Positions 8,925-19,145 of a stretch of DNA of 64,000 bases are shown here, piece after piece (position 1 is the stretch's first letter; every line of letters starts with the position of its first letter). The stretch is taken from the IMG/VR virus record IMGVR_UViG_3300045988_116984, one strand, 5' to 3'. The DNA is from a virus. The notes below the pieces were generated by a model. The model was not told the DNA's origin and searched no databases. It saw only the letters and a list, made by a program, of their open reading frames with translations. A program made the translations under genes and the position numbers.

Positions 8925-11900
8925 GTGGCAAAACGCATTGATATTCTTTTTGGTTCTAGGATAGATGAAAGCGGAGCCAAAAAGGATATAGAGAGAATAC
9001 AAACAATATTTAAGAGTGCTGGACTTAAAATTGTTCCTCAATTTGACAATACAACATTAAAAGAGTTTCAGAAAAACCTAAAGGTTACAATTGACGAAGC
9101 TACTAAGTTAAGAACCCTCACGTCTAGCTTTACACAGGGTGGCATCAAGTACGATATCTCTCAACGCGAATCATCACGCGGACAATGGTCGAAACCCGTC
9201 GTATCAATGGACTATGAACAGTCTATTGATACTGTTGAGAAAAAGTTAAAGTCTTTATATAGAACCGCTATTGAAACGCAGGAAAACATAAACGCTGCGG
9301 CTAAGGTTGGCGCGGCCACATATCAAAAGCAGTGGGAAAAATCTCTTTCAGAGATAGAAGCAGAAATTAAGTCAACGAAAGAGACTCTTGCTACACTTGG
9401 ATATAACGTTGGTGAAGATAGAGGACTTAACAGACTAAGCGGTAGGCTCGGAACAGCAAAGCTCGAACAAGATGCTATTGAACAAAAGAAGCTTGCCGAC
9501 AATCTGGAAGATTCTCTTAATAGACTTATTGTAGCAGAGACAAACCTTGAAAAAGCGCAAGCTTATCACAGTAGCAACGAAACGATACAATCACTTCAAG
9601 CACAAGTTGACATGTATAGAAAGCAAATTCGTGCTATTGAAGAGGCCACTCATGCTACTGAGGAATTAAAGCAGAAAGCCAGAGAGGGAATTGAAAGTTC
9701 TTCTATAAATGCCAAGGGGTATAGCGCCCGCTCTGGTGAGAAATATGACAACGAGCAGTTAGAGGCATATTCTAGAGTTCTAAAAAAAGTAAACAAATAT
9801 AAGCTTGAACTTGCCGCGACAAACAAAAAAGTCGATTCGAGTAACGACGAAGTAAATCAATCAACTGAGAAATATATAAATTCTCTCAAAGAAGAAATTA
9901 GTAAATTAGAACGACGGCTTGATTTGATGCAGCAGTCGTTTAACACTTCCAATGCGGCGGCAACTGCGGCTGAAAAACGAGCAGAAGCTGAAAGAGAATG
10001 TGCATTAGCGATAGATAAGCTTAACAAAGAGATGGACGATGGTATTAGAACATCGAAAACTTTTGGAGAAGCTTTAAAAGATGCTTTTGATAATTATATT
10101 GGGCCAGCGGCTTTGGCCGATAGGGCAGTAGATTTGCTGGTGGATGGTGCTAAAGAAGCGTATCAGACTATCGTAGATTTGAATAAGGCCATGACTGATG
10201 TTCAGATGGTTACTGGTGAAAGCGCTGAACAAACGGCTGAATTAGCACATCAATATAGCCAAATGGCCAAAGAGCTTGGGGCAACCACTACTGAAGTTGC
10301 CAATGGAGCGGCGGAATGGCTGAGGCAAGGCAAGAGCGTAGCCGAAACAAACCAGCTTCTTGAATCTTCAATGATTCTGTCAAAAGTTGGCGCTATCGAA
10401 TCTTCACAGGCGACAGAGCTTCTTACTTCTACACTTAACGGGTACAAAAAAGAAGCAAATGAAGCAATGCATGTTGTTGACGCTATGTCGGCGGTTGACT
10501 TGGCTGCAGCTACTTCCGTTGAAGAACTTGCTGTTGCCCTCCAAAGTACCGCTAACATGGCTCGTGTTAATGGTGTTGGGTTTGAACAACTTCTTGGCAT
10601 GGTTGGCGCTGTTTCTGAGGCTTCAAGGCGTAGCGCTAGTGTTGTCGGTAACAGCTTCAAAACAATTTTTTCTCGTCTTACCAACGTTGCTGCTGGTAAA
10701 ATGACAGACGACTTAGGCGAGCCTCTTAACGACGTTGAACAAGTATTTAACGGGCTTAATATAAAGCTTAGAGATTCTAGTGGCGAGTTCCGCAACATGT
10801 ATGATGTTATTAGTGAACTCGCTAATAAGTGGACGAAACTTGACAACGCAGAACAAAGCTGGGTTGCTACAAGTGTGGCTGGTACACGTCAGCGTGAGAC
10901 ATTCTTGACATTGATGGAAAACTGGGATAGAGCGGTTACATTGTCAACTACGGCTTTGAATTCCGAAGGCATGGCTATGGACAAGATGTCGATTTATCTC
11001 GAAAGTATCGAAGCGAACCTGAACAAGCTAAAAGCCGCTGTTGAGGACTTGTTGTATAGCGAAGAAATTGTAAACGTAATCAACCTCGTTATTAAAGCAA
11101 TAACACGGCTTGTAGAGGGAATATCTTGGCTTATAGATAAGCTTGGAGGAGTCAATTCGGCTGTTTTGGCTACTGTTGCTATTTTCTTAAAACTTAAAAG
11201 TGCTATAAATATAGCTAAAGACACTGAAAAAGTGTCGGGCGCTTTAAAAGTTTTTTCTGAAATTGCTAGTGGCGGAAATAAAACCATAAAAGTATTAACT
11301 TCAACATTTTCTGCGTTTAAAGACGGAGTATTGGCAGGTAAAGATGCCATAAATATAGCTGGTAAAGCTCTTTGGGCTTCTCCGTTTGTCAAAGTAGCAA
11401 TTGTATTAGCAGGAATTACAGCTATTGTTGCTGCGTTTGATGCCCTAATAACGACAACAGAAGAATACGAAGATATACTTGCTGAAACACAGTCTAAGCT
11501 TCAAGAAGTAAGTGATAAACGAAATGCTCTTGAGCAAAAAGCCGAAGTTGAGCAACTTACAGAAGCTGAAAAAGAGTATTTAGAAGTATTAAAGGCTGAA
11601 GAAGGTATTCTTGAAGCGCGTGAAAAGCGTGATAGACAGAACGTCTATAATTCTGCGGCAAAAGATGTTGAGCGTGGCGGCGAAGGGTTCTGGGCGAGAG
11701 CCAAAGAGGCGGCATTTATGTCGTCTCAAAACCCTGTCAACGAATTGGGCCTGCCAATTCCAAACAAAGCTCCGGTTGTTGAATACAACGTAGCCATCGA
11801 GGAACTTACTGGCAATATTGAGGAATATAAGGAAGTCACAGACCAACTTAATAACTCAAGTGGAAAGTCTCTTGAAGAATACGAGGCATTACAAGAGAGA

Positions 11901-13991
11901 CAACAAGAGTTAAGCCAAGTATTTCTTGAACACATCAAGCGTATATCTGAAGCGAACACTTACGGGTTAGAACTAACTGACACTGATAAACAACTCGCTG
12001 AAATGATGGAGAAGGCTGGAATCACAGCAGAAGCTCTGTCAGAAGCAATGGGCAATGTTGCTAATGAGCTTGGCGAAACCGGAGATGACTTAGTCAGAAT
12101 TACATCGGAGGTTTCTGGCTTACAATCCGCTTATGACAACTTAATATCTGTAAACGAAGAAGTAGCAAACACTGGAGTTATTTCAATTGAAACTCTTGAT
12201 GCTCTTGTTTCAAGATATCCAGCACTCAATGATGAAGTAACAAACTATCTTCTTGGACTTGCTTCAACAGAAGATGTTCTAACAGAATTGAAATTGGCCT
12301 ATCAGGATGATGAAGCAAATGCCTATGCTAATATCATAAACAAATTGAAAATGCAACAAAACTATTATAGTTTGTTGTCTACAATGGATTCGGCTTTAAT
12401 GCAACAATTTGCTGCTGATTATGGTGTTGATATTGGCAATCATGGCACATATGCTCAGTCAAAAGAAAAGATAGAAACTGATTTACTTCAGAGAATTTCG
12501 TCAATGTGGGCACAGTTCTATAAATCACAGGCATTGACGATGGACAACGTTATTAAGGCGGCTAACGGAGCGTTAAAACCAGATGGCGGCTCACTTTTAC
12601 CTACTTCAGAGATTAATGCTTTGAAGAACGTTGTAAACTCTTATAACGATGCTATTCAGGGACTTAATAACGTATATGATAAATCAATAAAATTAAGGCT
12701 TGATGGATATAAACAAATAAGTTCTGCCGCCAAAGACGCAGCAAAATCTAGTGGTTCTGCATCTAAGCAACAAAGCGAAGCCGAAAAAGCGTATGATGAC
12801 TTGTTGCAAATAACAATCAAGATGCTCAAAAAGAAAAAAGAGCTTGAAAAAGAAGCACTTAAAGAGCAGCTTGAGGGTTATAAAAAAGTTATTGATGCTC
12901 AAAAAGATTTACTTGATTTACAGGACGACGAGTATAATCATAAGCGTGAGTTAGAAGAAAAGAACAAAACTGTCTCTACTCTTGAATCACAAATTGCTGA
13001 ACTTCAGTTTGATACGAGTGCTGAGGGCACAAAGAAACGTCTTGAACTCGAAGAAGAACTTGCCGAAGCCAAGCGTGAACTTGAAGATTATCAACACGAT
13101 TATTCTATTGACCAGCAAAAAGACGCTCTTGACAGAGAAGAAAGTCGATTTGAAGAATATATCAATAACCAAATTGATGAAATTGACGATTATCTTTCTA
13201 AGACTGGTGAAATAACTGCTGAAGCTATTAGACTTCTTCAAGAGCATAGTGAGGAAACCCTTAATGCTCTAATTCAATATAACAGAGCGTATGGGGATTC
13301 AATAGACCAGAATATCATTGATTTATGGAACAAAGCCACAGGCGCTGTCAACACATATAAATCTGCTCTTGATGAGGCGGCCTCCGCAGCAAGCCGATTG
13401 GCAGCGGCAAGTGGTGGTGGAAGTTCTGTTTCATTGCCGAGCACTAGCCCTCCTGTTGGTAGCGCTGCCATGCGCCCTGCTGGCAAACCGCCTGTTGATA
13501 CTACGCCGAAATATCTTATTTATAAAACAGGCACAACTACCCCCATTAGTGGCTTTATGACACTAGAGGAAGCTCAAAGGGTTTGGGGATATATTCCAGA
13601 CCCAAAAAACTACTATTGGACAAAATTCGTCGGAGCGGCAAAGAAAAACTTAGTATATGCTGTTAAACCATATCATACCGGGCTTGATGCTGGATTTGTT
13701 GGCAACATCAAAGGTAATGAAGAGTTTGTTAAGGCCCTTAAAGGCGAAGCCTTTATTACCAGAGAGCAACAGGACAGATTTATGAATAATATTCTTCCTG
13801 ATATTGTTTCAAAGACTTCTACATATGGCGGAGCAACTTTTGATAATCTCCTCAATATTAACGTGCAGGGCAATCTTGATTCTTCTGTTGTTCCTGATAT
13901 TGAGCGCATATCAAATGATGTATTTAAACGTCTTAACAAGGCAATGTTCCAAGGCGGATATAAACGAAACACGAATACTGTTTCAATTTAA
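8925..13991 (+). CDS. tail tape measure protein
   Basis: 1688 aa with long coiled-coil/Ala-rich regions and central hydrophobic segments (VAIFLKL..., VAIVLAGITAIVAAF). Located just upstream of Dit and Tal. Confidence 0.85.
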   Translation: MAKRIDILFGSRIDESGAKKDIERIQTIFKSAGLKIVPQFDNTTLKEFQKNLKVTIDEATKLRTLTSSFTQGGIKYDISQRESSRGQWSKPVVSMDYEQSIDTVEKKLKSLYRTAIETQENINAAAKVGAATYQKQWEKSLSEIEAEIKSTKETLATLGYNVGEDRGLNRLSGRLGTAKLEQDAIEQKKLADNLEDSLNRLIVAETNLEKAQAYHSSNETIQSLQAQVDMYRKQIRAIEEATHATEELKQKAREGIESSSINAKGYSARSGEKYDNEQLEAYSRVLKKVNKYKLELAATNKKVDSSNDEVNQSTEKYINSLKEEISKLERRLDLMQQSFNTSNAAATAAEKRAEAERECALAIDKLNKEMDDGIRTSKTFGEALKDAFDNYIGPAALADRAVDLLVDGAKEAYQTIVDLNKAMTDVQMVTGESAEQTAELAHQYSQMAKELGATTTEVANGAAEWLRQGKSVAETNQLLESSMILSKVGAIESSQATELLTSTLNGYKKEANEAMHVVDAMSAVDLAAATSVEELAVALQSTANMARVNGVGFEQLLGMVGAVSEASRRSASVVGNSFKTIFSRLTNVAAGKMTDDLGEPLNDVEQVFNGLNIKLRDSSGEFRNMYDVISELANKWTKLDNAEQSWVATSVAGTRQRETFLTLMENWDRAVTLSTTALNSEGMAMDKMSIYLESIEANLNKLKAAVEDLLYSEEIVNVINLVIKAITRLVEGISWLIDKLGGVNSAVLATVAIFLKLKSAINIAKDTEKVSGALKVFSEIASGGNKTIKVLTSTFSAFKDGVLAGKDAINIAGKALWASPFVKVAIVLAGITAIVAAFDALITTTEEYEDILAETQSKLQEVSDKRNALEQKAEVEQLTEAEKEYLEVLKAEEGILEAREKRDRQNVYNSAAKDVERGGEGFWARAKEAAFMSSQNPVNELGLPIPNKAPVVEYNVAIEELTGNIEEYKEVTDQLNNSSGKSLEEYEALQERQQELSQVFLEHIKRISEANTYGLELTDTDKQLAEMMEKAGITAEALSEAMGNVANELGETGDDLVRITSEVSGLQSAYDNLISVNEEVANTGVISIETLDALVSRYPALNDEVTNYLLGLASTEDVLTELKLAYQDDEANAYANIINKLKMQQNYYSLLSTMDSALMQQFAADYGVDIGNHGTYAQSKEKIETDLLQRISSMWAQFYKSQALTMDNVIKAANGALKPDGGSLLPTSEINALKNVVNSYNDAIQGLNNVYDKSIKLRLDGYKQISSAAKDAAKSSGSASKQQSEAEKAYDDLLQITIKMLKKKKELEKEALKEQLEGYKKVIDAQKDLLDLQDDEYNHKRELEEKNKTVSTLESQIAELQFDTSAEGTKKRLELEEELAEAKRELEDYQHDYSIDQQKDALDREESRFEEYINNQIDEIDDYLSKTGEITAEAIRLLQEHSEETLNALIQYNRAYGDSIDQNIIDLWNKATGAVNTYKSALDEAASAASRLAAASGGGSSVSLPSTSPPVGSAAMRPAGKPPVDTTPKYLIYKTGTTTPISGFMTLEEAQRVWGYIPDPKNYYWTKFVGAAKKNLVYAVKPYHTGLDAGFVGNIKGNEEFVKALKGEAFITREQQDRFMNNILPDIVSKTSTYGGATFDNLLNINVQGNLDSSVVPDIERISNDVFKRLNKAMFQGGYKRNTNTVSI

Positions 13992-14003
13992 GGTGGTGAG
14001 TTA

Positions 14004-14792
14004 ATGGCATTTTGGGCACGTTCATTTATATTTGATGATATCCCAAGTGAAACTTACGGCCTGTTTTTAATTAGCGAGAGTGGAGCTGGCGTTCTAGAGA
14101 ACGTCGGCTCCAATTCGGTAGAGCCGTATACACAGGAGATATACAGAAAACCAAAGCCGTATTTCTTCGGTGTTCAACAAACGCCAGTTCTCACATTTAG
14201 TTTGAGCTTCGCTAGTTTAAAACCAGTCGATGCTGTTCAACAGCAAATTATTCAAAGATGGTTGTTTGGACACAATTCATATAAAAAGCTTCAAATAATG
14301 CAGTGCGACATGGAATCGGTATACTTTAATTGTATACTGAACAATCCAACAGTCACTACTGTTGGGAACTATGCTTATACATTTAAGTGTGACGTGGTGT
14401 GTGATGCGCCATGGGCTTGGGAATACCCTAAAACAGAATCATTTGGGCCGTTTTTAGTTGAAGGAACGTTCGATTTTAATAATATTTCGGACGACAACTA
14501 CTATATGTTCCCTATTTTTACTGTTAAAATGGGGAGCAATTCTAATTCGTTTGAACTGATAAATAAAACCGATGGGAATAAAGGTTGTTCCTTTGTGGGG
14601 TTAAGTCCAAGCGAAACATTGACAATTGATTCTAATAAATATATAATCACATCAAGCACAGGATTATTGCGTGTTGGTAATATGACTGGCACTCTGCCAA
14701 GACTTGTGCCCGGTATGAATACATTTCAAGTTCTTGGTTCACCTGAAAGCATAACAATAAGTTATCAAAACGCAAGGAAAGTAAGCGGATAA
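14004..14792 (+). CDS. distal tail protein (Dit, siphovirus tail component)
   Basis: 262 aa directly after the tape measure. The N-terminus FIFDDIPSETYGLFLI is typical of Sipho_tail-type proteins. Confidence 0.65.
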   Translation: MAFWARSFIFDDIPSETYGLFLISESGAGVLENVGSNSVEPYTQEIYRKPKPYFFGVQQTPVLTFSLSFASLKPVDAVQQQIIQRWLFGHNSYKKLQIMQCDMESVYFNCILNNPTVTTVGNYAYTFKCDVVCDAPWAWEYPKTESFGPFLVEGTFDFNNISDDNYYMFPIFTVKMGSNSNSFELINKTDGNKGCSFVGLSPSETLTIDSNKYIITSSTGLLRVGNMTGTLPRLVPGMNTFQVLGSPESITISYQNARKVSG

Positions 14793-14810
14793 AACGGAAA
14801 GGAGGATATA

Positions 14811-17474
14811 ATGTTACAAAAGTTTAATTATTTCGGAGAACATGAAGATTATGTAATCAGATTGTGTAATCCGAATAAACAACAAATCTGTTTCTTAAAT
14901 CAAGGATATCAACAGGAACTGTCTTTGAGATTTAATGAAATGTCAGAGTTCCACATCACTATTCCATATATGACAGATGGAGAAATATTCCCATATTATG
15001 ACAGAATAAAGAGCAAAAAACTTATTTTGATTGATGATATTGGGTATTTTCTAATCACAACTGTTGATGAAACAGATGATGGTATTGTCAAACAAAAGAC
15101 TGTAACAGCATATTCTTTAGAAACGGAACTTGCGTTTAAAAAAATAAACATATTTGATGGTACGTATAAGTTCTATGACCCTATTAACGCAGACAACACA
15201 CTTATGGGCAAGATTCTGTCAACATCCAACTGGACAATTGGGCAGATAGACCCTGACTTATGGAATGTTTATAGGACTTTTGAGATACCGGATAGTACAG
15301 TATATGAATTTTTAATGAATGATGTCGAAACGTCTTATGAATGCGTATTTATGTTTGACTCTTTTGCTAGGACAGTTTCGGCATATACATTGAAAAACCT
15401 AGTAAAGAATACTGATATTATACTAAGTTACAATAATCTGATTCAAAATATTGACATTAATGAAAAATCAGATGAAATTGTTACGGCTTTAAGCGTATAT
15501 GGCGGTAATAATCTTGGTATATCGGCTGTAAATCCATTGGGCACAAACACAATCTATGATTTTAGTTATTTTGCCACAACAGAATGGATGGACCAAGCCT
15601 TAATCAATGCTATTAAAGCCTGGGAGGCCGCAATAGCAGCACAACAAACAAGATATTCTAACCTTTTAACTCAATACAAAGATAAAAACACCGAGATAGT
15701 GACAGCCAATTCTACTTTAGTAGACTCAAAGACTGACAGAGACGCTATTGAGGGCGTTGTAAAGGTTATGATAGAGGGAGATTTGAAGAATACTCCCGAA
15801 TACACAGCCAAGGTTAATGAGCTTAATGCCGCCAATGCAGCCGTAACAGCACAAGAAAATCATATAAATGATTTAAAAACACAGCTTGAAGTTATAAACT
15901 CTGATTTAAAAGCAATCAATGAATCTTTGGCTTTCTCTAAATTCTTCACGGAAGAACAGTACGAAGAACTCAAAACCTATATGGTTGAGAATACATATCA
16001 AAATGAAAGTTTTACTATAACATCAGAAATGACGAATAGTGAAATCCAAGATATGGCACAATCTCTGTATAATCAGGGCAAATATGTACTTGAAAGAGTA
16101 TCACAGCCACGTTTTGAGTTCACAGTTGAAAGTGTAAACTTTTTATTCTTAAAGGACTTTGAAAAATTTAGTCAACAGTTGGAACTTGGATGTATTATTA
16201 ACATAGAGAAAGACGAAGCTGTGTATGTCAAGCCAGTATTACTTGAATTGAATGTACAGCTTGATGACCCAACGAATTTTTCTCTTGTATTCGGCAATAG
16301 ATATAAGCTTGATAATGGCGAATATACTTTCAGAGATTTGTTCGGTGATGCTATTAAGGCTGGTTCAAGCGTTAAATTTGACGGCGCTAAGTGGGGAGAA
16401 TATGTCAATAGTGGAATGAATAACGCTGTTAGTGACTTTATTAACTCCGCCTTAGACACTTCAAAGAATAATGTTATCAATGCCACAAATCAAGAGATAT
16501 TGATAAATCAAAACGGATTGCGTGGACGTACCATGATGGATAATGGTACATACAATCCAAACCAAGTATGGCTTACATCCAACACTCTTGCTTTTACGTC
16601 AGATAACTGGCAAACTGTACGACTTGCTCTTGGCGAAATAGATTTAAACGGACAAAAGATTTTTGGTGTTGCTGGTGATGCTTTGGTTGGTAAAATTATC
16701 GCTGGTAATCAGCTTATTATATCCAACGACAACAACAACTTTACATTGGACAGCAATGGTGCTGTACTGAACAATGCTAGTTTTTCTATTGTTTCTAATA
16801 ACGGGTTAAGTCAAATACAACTAAACCCGACACAAGGCATTAGTATACAAACAAGGGCGAACACAAGCGCTGCTTGGGCTAATCAATTTTACGTTGATGC
16901 GCAAGGCAATCTTGTTATTAACGGCAAAATCACAGCTAATAGCGGTACAATTGGTGGATGGCAAATTGATTCTACCAGATTATATAACTCTGCTAATGGT
17001 GACTACATTGGCTCAAATGGATATGGTAAACTTAGTTTGCTTTCGTGGACACCAACATCGGCTACATTTAACGGCAGAATTTACGCTTCAAATCTTGGTG
17101 ACCAAATTAAAACGGGCAATATTCAAGATGGCGCTGTAACGTCGGCAAAGCTAGATACTCTATATGCTACCAAGGCATTTGTTGATGAAATGAACGTTGA
17201 ACTGGCTAACGTACATACGCTTGCGGCAAATGCGGCTACAATTCAACAGTTAAATGCCACAAATGCTACAATTGCTAATCTTGACCTTACAAATTTGAAA
17301 TTTCAAGGGCGTTCAGCGAGCTGGACTCAGACGCCAATCGTGTATGATTTGAATGTGACTAATACGCTTGTCATAACATCGGTTGATTTTAAGAATCAAA
17401 CATATACATCAGCAAATATAACTGGTATTCGTAACTTCTATAAAACAAGCGGAATGTGGGTTATTAGTGGTTGA
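14811..17474 (+). CDS. tail-associated / anti-receptor protein (Tal-like minor structural protein)
   Basis: 887 aa after Dit. The N-terminal region is of the phage minor structural protein (putative anti-receptor) type, with a central coiled coil. Ends ...NLKFQGRSASW...SGMWVISG*. Confidence 0.7.
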   Translation: MLQKFNYFGEHEDYVIRLCNPNKQQICFLNQGYQQELSLRFNEMSEFHITIPYMTDGEIFPYYDRIKSKKLILIDDIGYFLITTVDETDDGIVKQKTVTAYSLETELAFKKINIFDGTYKFYDPINADNTLMGKILSTSNWTIGQIDPDLWNVYRTFEIPDSTVYEFLMNDVETSYECVFMFDSFARTVSAYTLKNLVKNTDIILSYNNLIQNIDINEKSDEIVTALSVYGGNNLGISAVNPLGTNTIYDFSYFATTEWMDQALINAIKAWEAAIAAQQTRYSNLLTQYKDKNTEIVTANSTLVDSKTDRDAIEGVVKVMIEGDLKNTPEYTAKVNELNAANAAVTAQENHINDLKTQLEVINSDLKAINESLAFSKFFTEEQYEELKTYMVENTYQNESFTITSEMTNSEIQDMAQSLYNQGKYVLERVSQPRFEFTVESVNFLFLKDFEKFSQQLELGCIINIEKDEAVYVKPVLLELNVQLDDPTNFSLVFGNRYKLDNGEYTFRDLFGDAIKAGSSVKFDGAKWGEYVNSGMNNAVSDFINSALDTSKNNVINATNQEILINQNGLRGRTMMDNGTYNPNQVWLTSNTLAFTSDNWQTVRLALGEIDLNGQKIFGVAGDALVGKIIAGNQLIISNDNNNFTLDSNGAVLNNASFSIVSNNGLSQIQLNPTQGISIQTRANTSAAWANQFYVDAQGNLVINGKITANSGTIGGWQIDSTRLYNSANGDYIGSNGYGKLSLLSWTPTSATFNGRIYASNLGDQIKTGNIQDGAVTSAKLDTLYATKAFVDEMNVELANVHTLAANAATIQQLNATNATIANLDLTNLKFQGRSASWTQTPIVYDLNVTNTLVITSVDFKNQTYTSANITGIRNFYKTSGMWVISG

Positions 17475-17496
17475 TATTAAATTAACCACTAATAAC
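17460..17496. terminator. symmetric 13-bp hairpin formed by the two convergent VISG-stop ends
   Basis: GTTATTAGTGGTT (17460-72) / AACCACTAATAAC (17484-96) with an 11-nt AT loop. Confidence 0.5.
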
Positions 17497-17655
17497 ATAA
17501 CCAGAGCTACCATATGTAAGCCCAACTACTACTTTTTCTTCGGAATATGTTGGAGTTCCTCCAGAACTAATACTTGAAACATATCTAATTGTGTGAGTTT
17601 GTATACCGGTTACAAACGTTGAGTATCTCCAACTAGCAGCTATACCTTGAAAATT
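17482..17655 (-). other. silent, start-less alternative C-terminal cassette for the Tal gene (inverted)
   Basis: The minus strand reads *NFQGIAASWRYSTFVTGIQTHTIRYVSSISSGGTPTYSEEKVVVGLTYGSSGYVISG*. There is no start codon or RBS. It is homologous to the last 57 aa of the 887-aa ORF. Confidence 0.6.
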
Positions 17656-17693
17656 TCAATTTTATTGACTATATAAAAGGAGTAAACGGAAAA

Positions 17694-17861
17694 ATGAAAG
17701 AAAAATTACAATCTATTTATAATGCCTTGAATACTATTCAAGTTAGTGGTAAAACAAACTGTGCTATTGTAGCTGGCGTTATGAATGTTATCGAAGAATT
17801 ATTCGTAGAATGCGAAAACTATCAACCTGTAAAACAGGAAGAAGGGAATACTGATGGCTAA
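17694..17861 (+). CDS. small hypothetical protein (55 aa)
   Basis: AAAAGGAG RBS 8 nt upstream of the ATG; the stop overlaps the next start. Below the 60-aa cutoff of the ORF track. Confidence 0.5.
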   Translation: MKEKLQSIYNALNTIQVSGKTNCAIVAGVMNVIEELFVECENYQPVKQEEGNTDG

Positions 17862-18213
17862 TGGCATATTTTGCTACGAGGTAAATCAGCTTGGCGAATT
17901 TGCAATGATTGCCGGTACATCTGAAACTCTTGAATTTTACTATTATTACTCGGATGGCACACCATTCAATTTAGAAAGTTCAACAGCGAGATGGAGATTG
18001 TGTCGTGTTGGACAACCAGATGTCGCCGTTTTAGATTTGCCCTGTGATATATTTAGCGGTAATGGTGTTGTTGTAAAACTTGGCAGTGCTCATACACAGA
18101 ACCTTTCAGGGAAATATATACAACAGCCTGTACTTATAGATTATTCTGGAGAAGAATACGCTTTTCAACAGGGCGTTATTACATTTATTCCAAAGATTAG
18201 GCCAACAACATAA
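17854..18213 (+). CDS. hypothetical baseplate/fibre-module protein
   Basis: 119-aa ORF coupled to the upstream small ORF. Confidence 0.6.
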   Translation: MANGIFCYEVNQLGEFAMIAGTSETLEFYYYYSDGTPFNLESSTARWRLCRVGQPDVAVLDLPCDIFSGNGVVVKLGSAHTQNLSGKYIQQPVLIDYSGEEYAFQQGVITFIPKIRPTT

Positions 18214-18225
18214 GGAGTGATTTCT

Positions 18226-18633
18226 TTGGCTATTACTACATATCAGGCTAATAAGCTGAACGATTTTTTATTTGGCGGAACGTCATTTACTCCGAGTGGT
18301 ACATACTATCTCGGACTTTCAACAACAGCAATTAACGCTAATGGTGGCGGAGCAACTGAACCCGCTGGCGGCGGATATGCTAGAGTTGCTGTTACAAACA
18401 ACAAGACTAATTTTACAACGTCGTCTGGTGGCATTGTCCAAAATAATACACAGTTTGAGTTCCCAGAAAGCACAACTGCTTGGGGAACAATTACACATGT
18501 ATTCATTGCGGATTCTGGTACAATTGGCGGCGGAAATATTTTGTATTACGACGCTTTGACGAATCCTAGAACTGTGCAAACTGCTACAATCTTATTGTTT
18601 GCTATTAATTCTATGAAAATTCAGCTCGTCTAA
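18226..18633 (+). CDS. hypothetical fibre-module protein
   Basis: The track start GTG 18217 overlaps the AAGGAG RBS. TTG 18226 is 8 nt downstream of the RBS, so I prefer it. Confidence 0.55.
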   Translation: MAITTYQANKLNDFLFGGTSFTPSGTYYLGLSTTAINANGGGATEPAGGGYARVAVTNNKTNFTTSSGGIVQNNTQFEFPESTTAWGTITHVFIADSGTIGGGNILYYDALTNPRTVQTATILLFAINSMKIQLV

Positions 18634-18656
18634 TACATGAAAGGCGGGGCGATTAA

Positions 18657-19130
18657 GTGAGAGCCTTTAAAATATTCGCTACTCCTAAACGTGTTTTTAA
18701 GATAGTGGCTGATACATTTCTAAGACTGGCAACTTTAATCTTTAATAATACAAACACAATTGAACTTATTGGATTAATCATGGCGCATTTGAAATCGAAC
18801 GTGACTTTAAAAATACAGTCATTGTTTACAATAACAGATACTCGTATGAAGCTTCATATGATAATGAGCAATATAGTCGCCCCGATAAGATTTAGAATTT
18901 TGGCTATACCAAAATCCATAGAGAGTGAAAAAATACTTATAATTGTAGCTACTAATATTATAGCACAATCGCTTGGACTTGTCAAGTTAGACTTTAATTC
19001 GTCAAGTACGGTTAAAATAATAGCGTCCGCATTAGTTGGAAGATTTAGACTTCTTGGCGAATTAGACCCGCTAACTTTGGGCGAAATAGACAATGACACT
19101 CTTGGAACGTTAGATTTCAAAACACAATAA
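18657..19130 (+). CDS. hypothetical protein with LGELDPLTLGEIDNDTLGTLD C-terminus
   Basis: 157-aa ORF; start uncertain (GTG 18657 or ATG 18781). Confidence 0.45.
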   Translation: MRAFKIFATPKRVFKIVADTFLRLATLIFNNTNTIELIGLIMAHLKSNVTLKIQSLFTITDTRMKLHMIMSNIVAPIRFRILAIPKSIESEKILIIVATNIIAQSLGLVKLDFNSSSTVKIIASALVGRFRLLGELDPLTLGEIDNDTLGTLDFKTQ

Positions 19131-19145
19131 CAAAGGAGGGAGATA

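Noticed and set aside
10250-10846. 198-aa antisense ORF, plus several others on both strands, inside the tape measure gene
   Set aside because: They are fully nested in a 1688-aa ORF with clear tape-measure character. They have no RBS and low-complexity Ser/Leu/Ala-rich translations typical of antisense frames.
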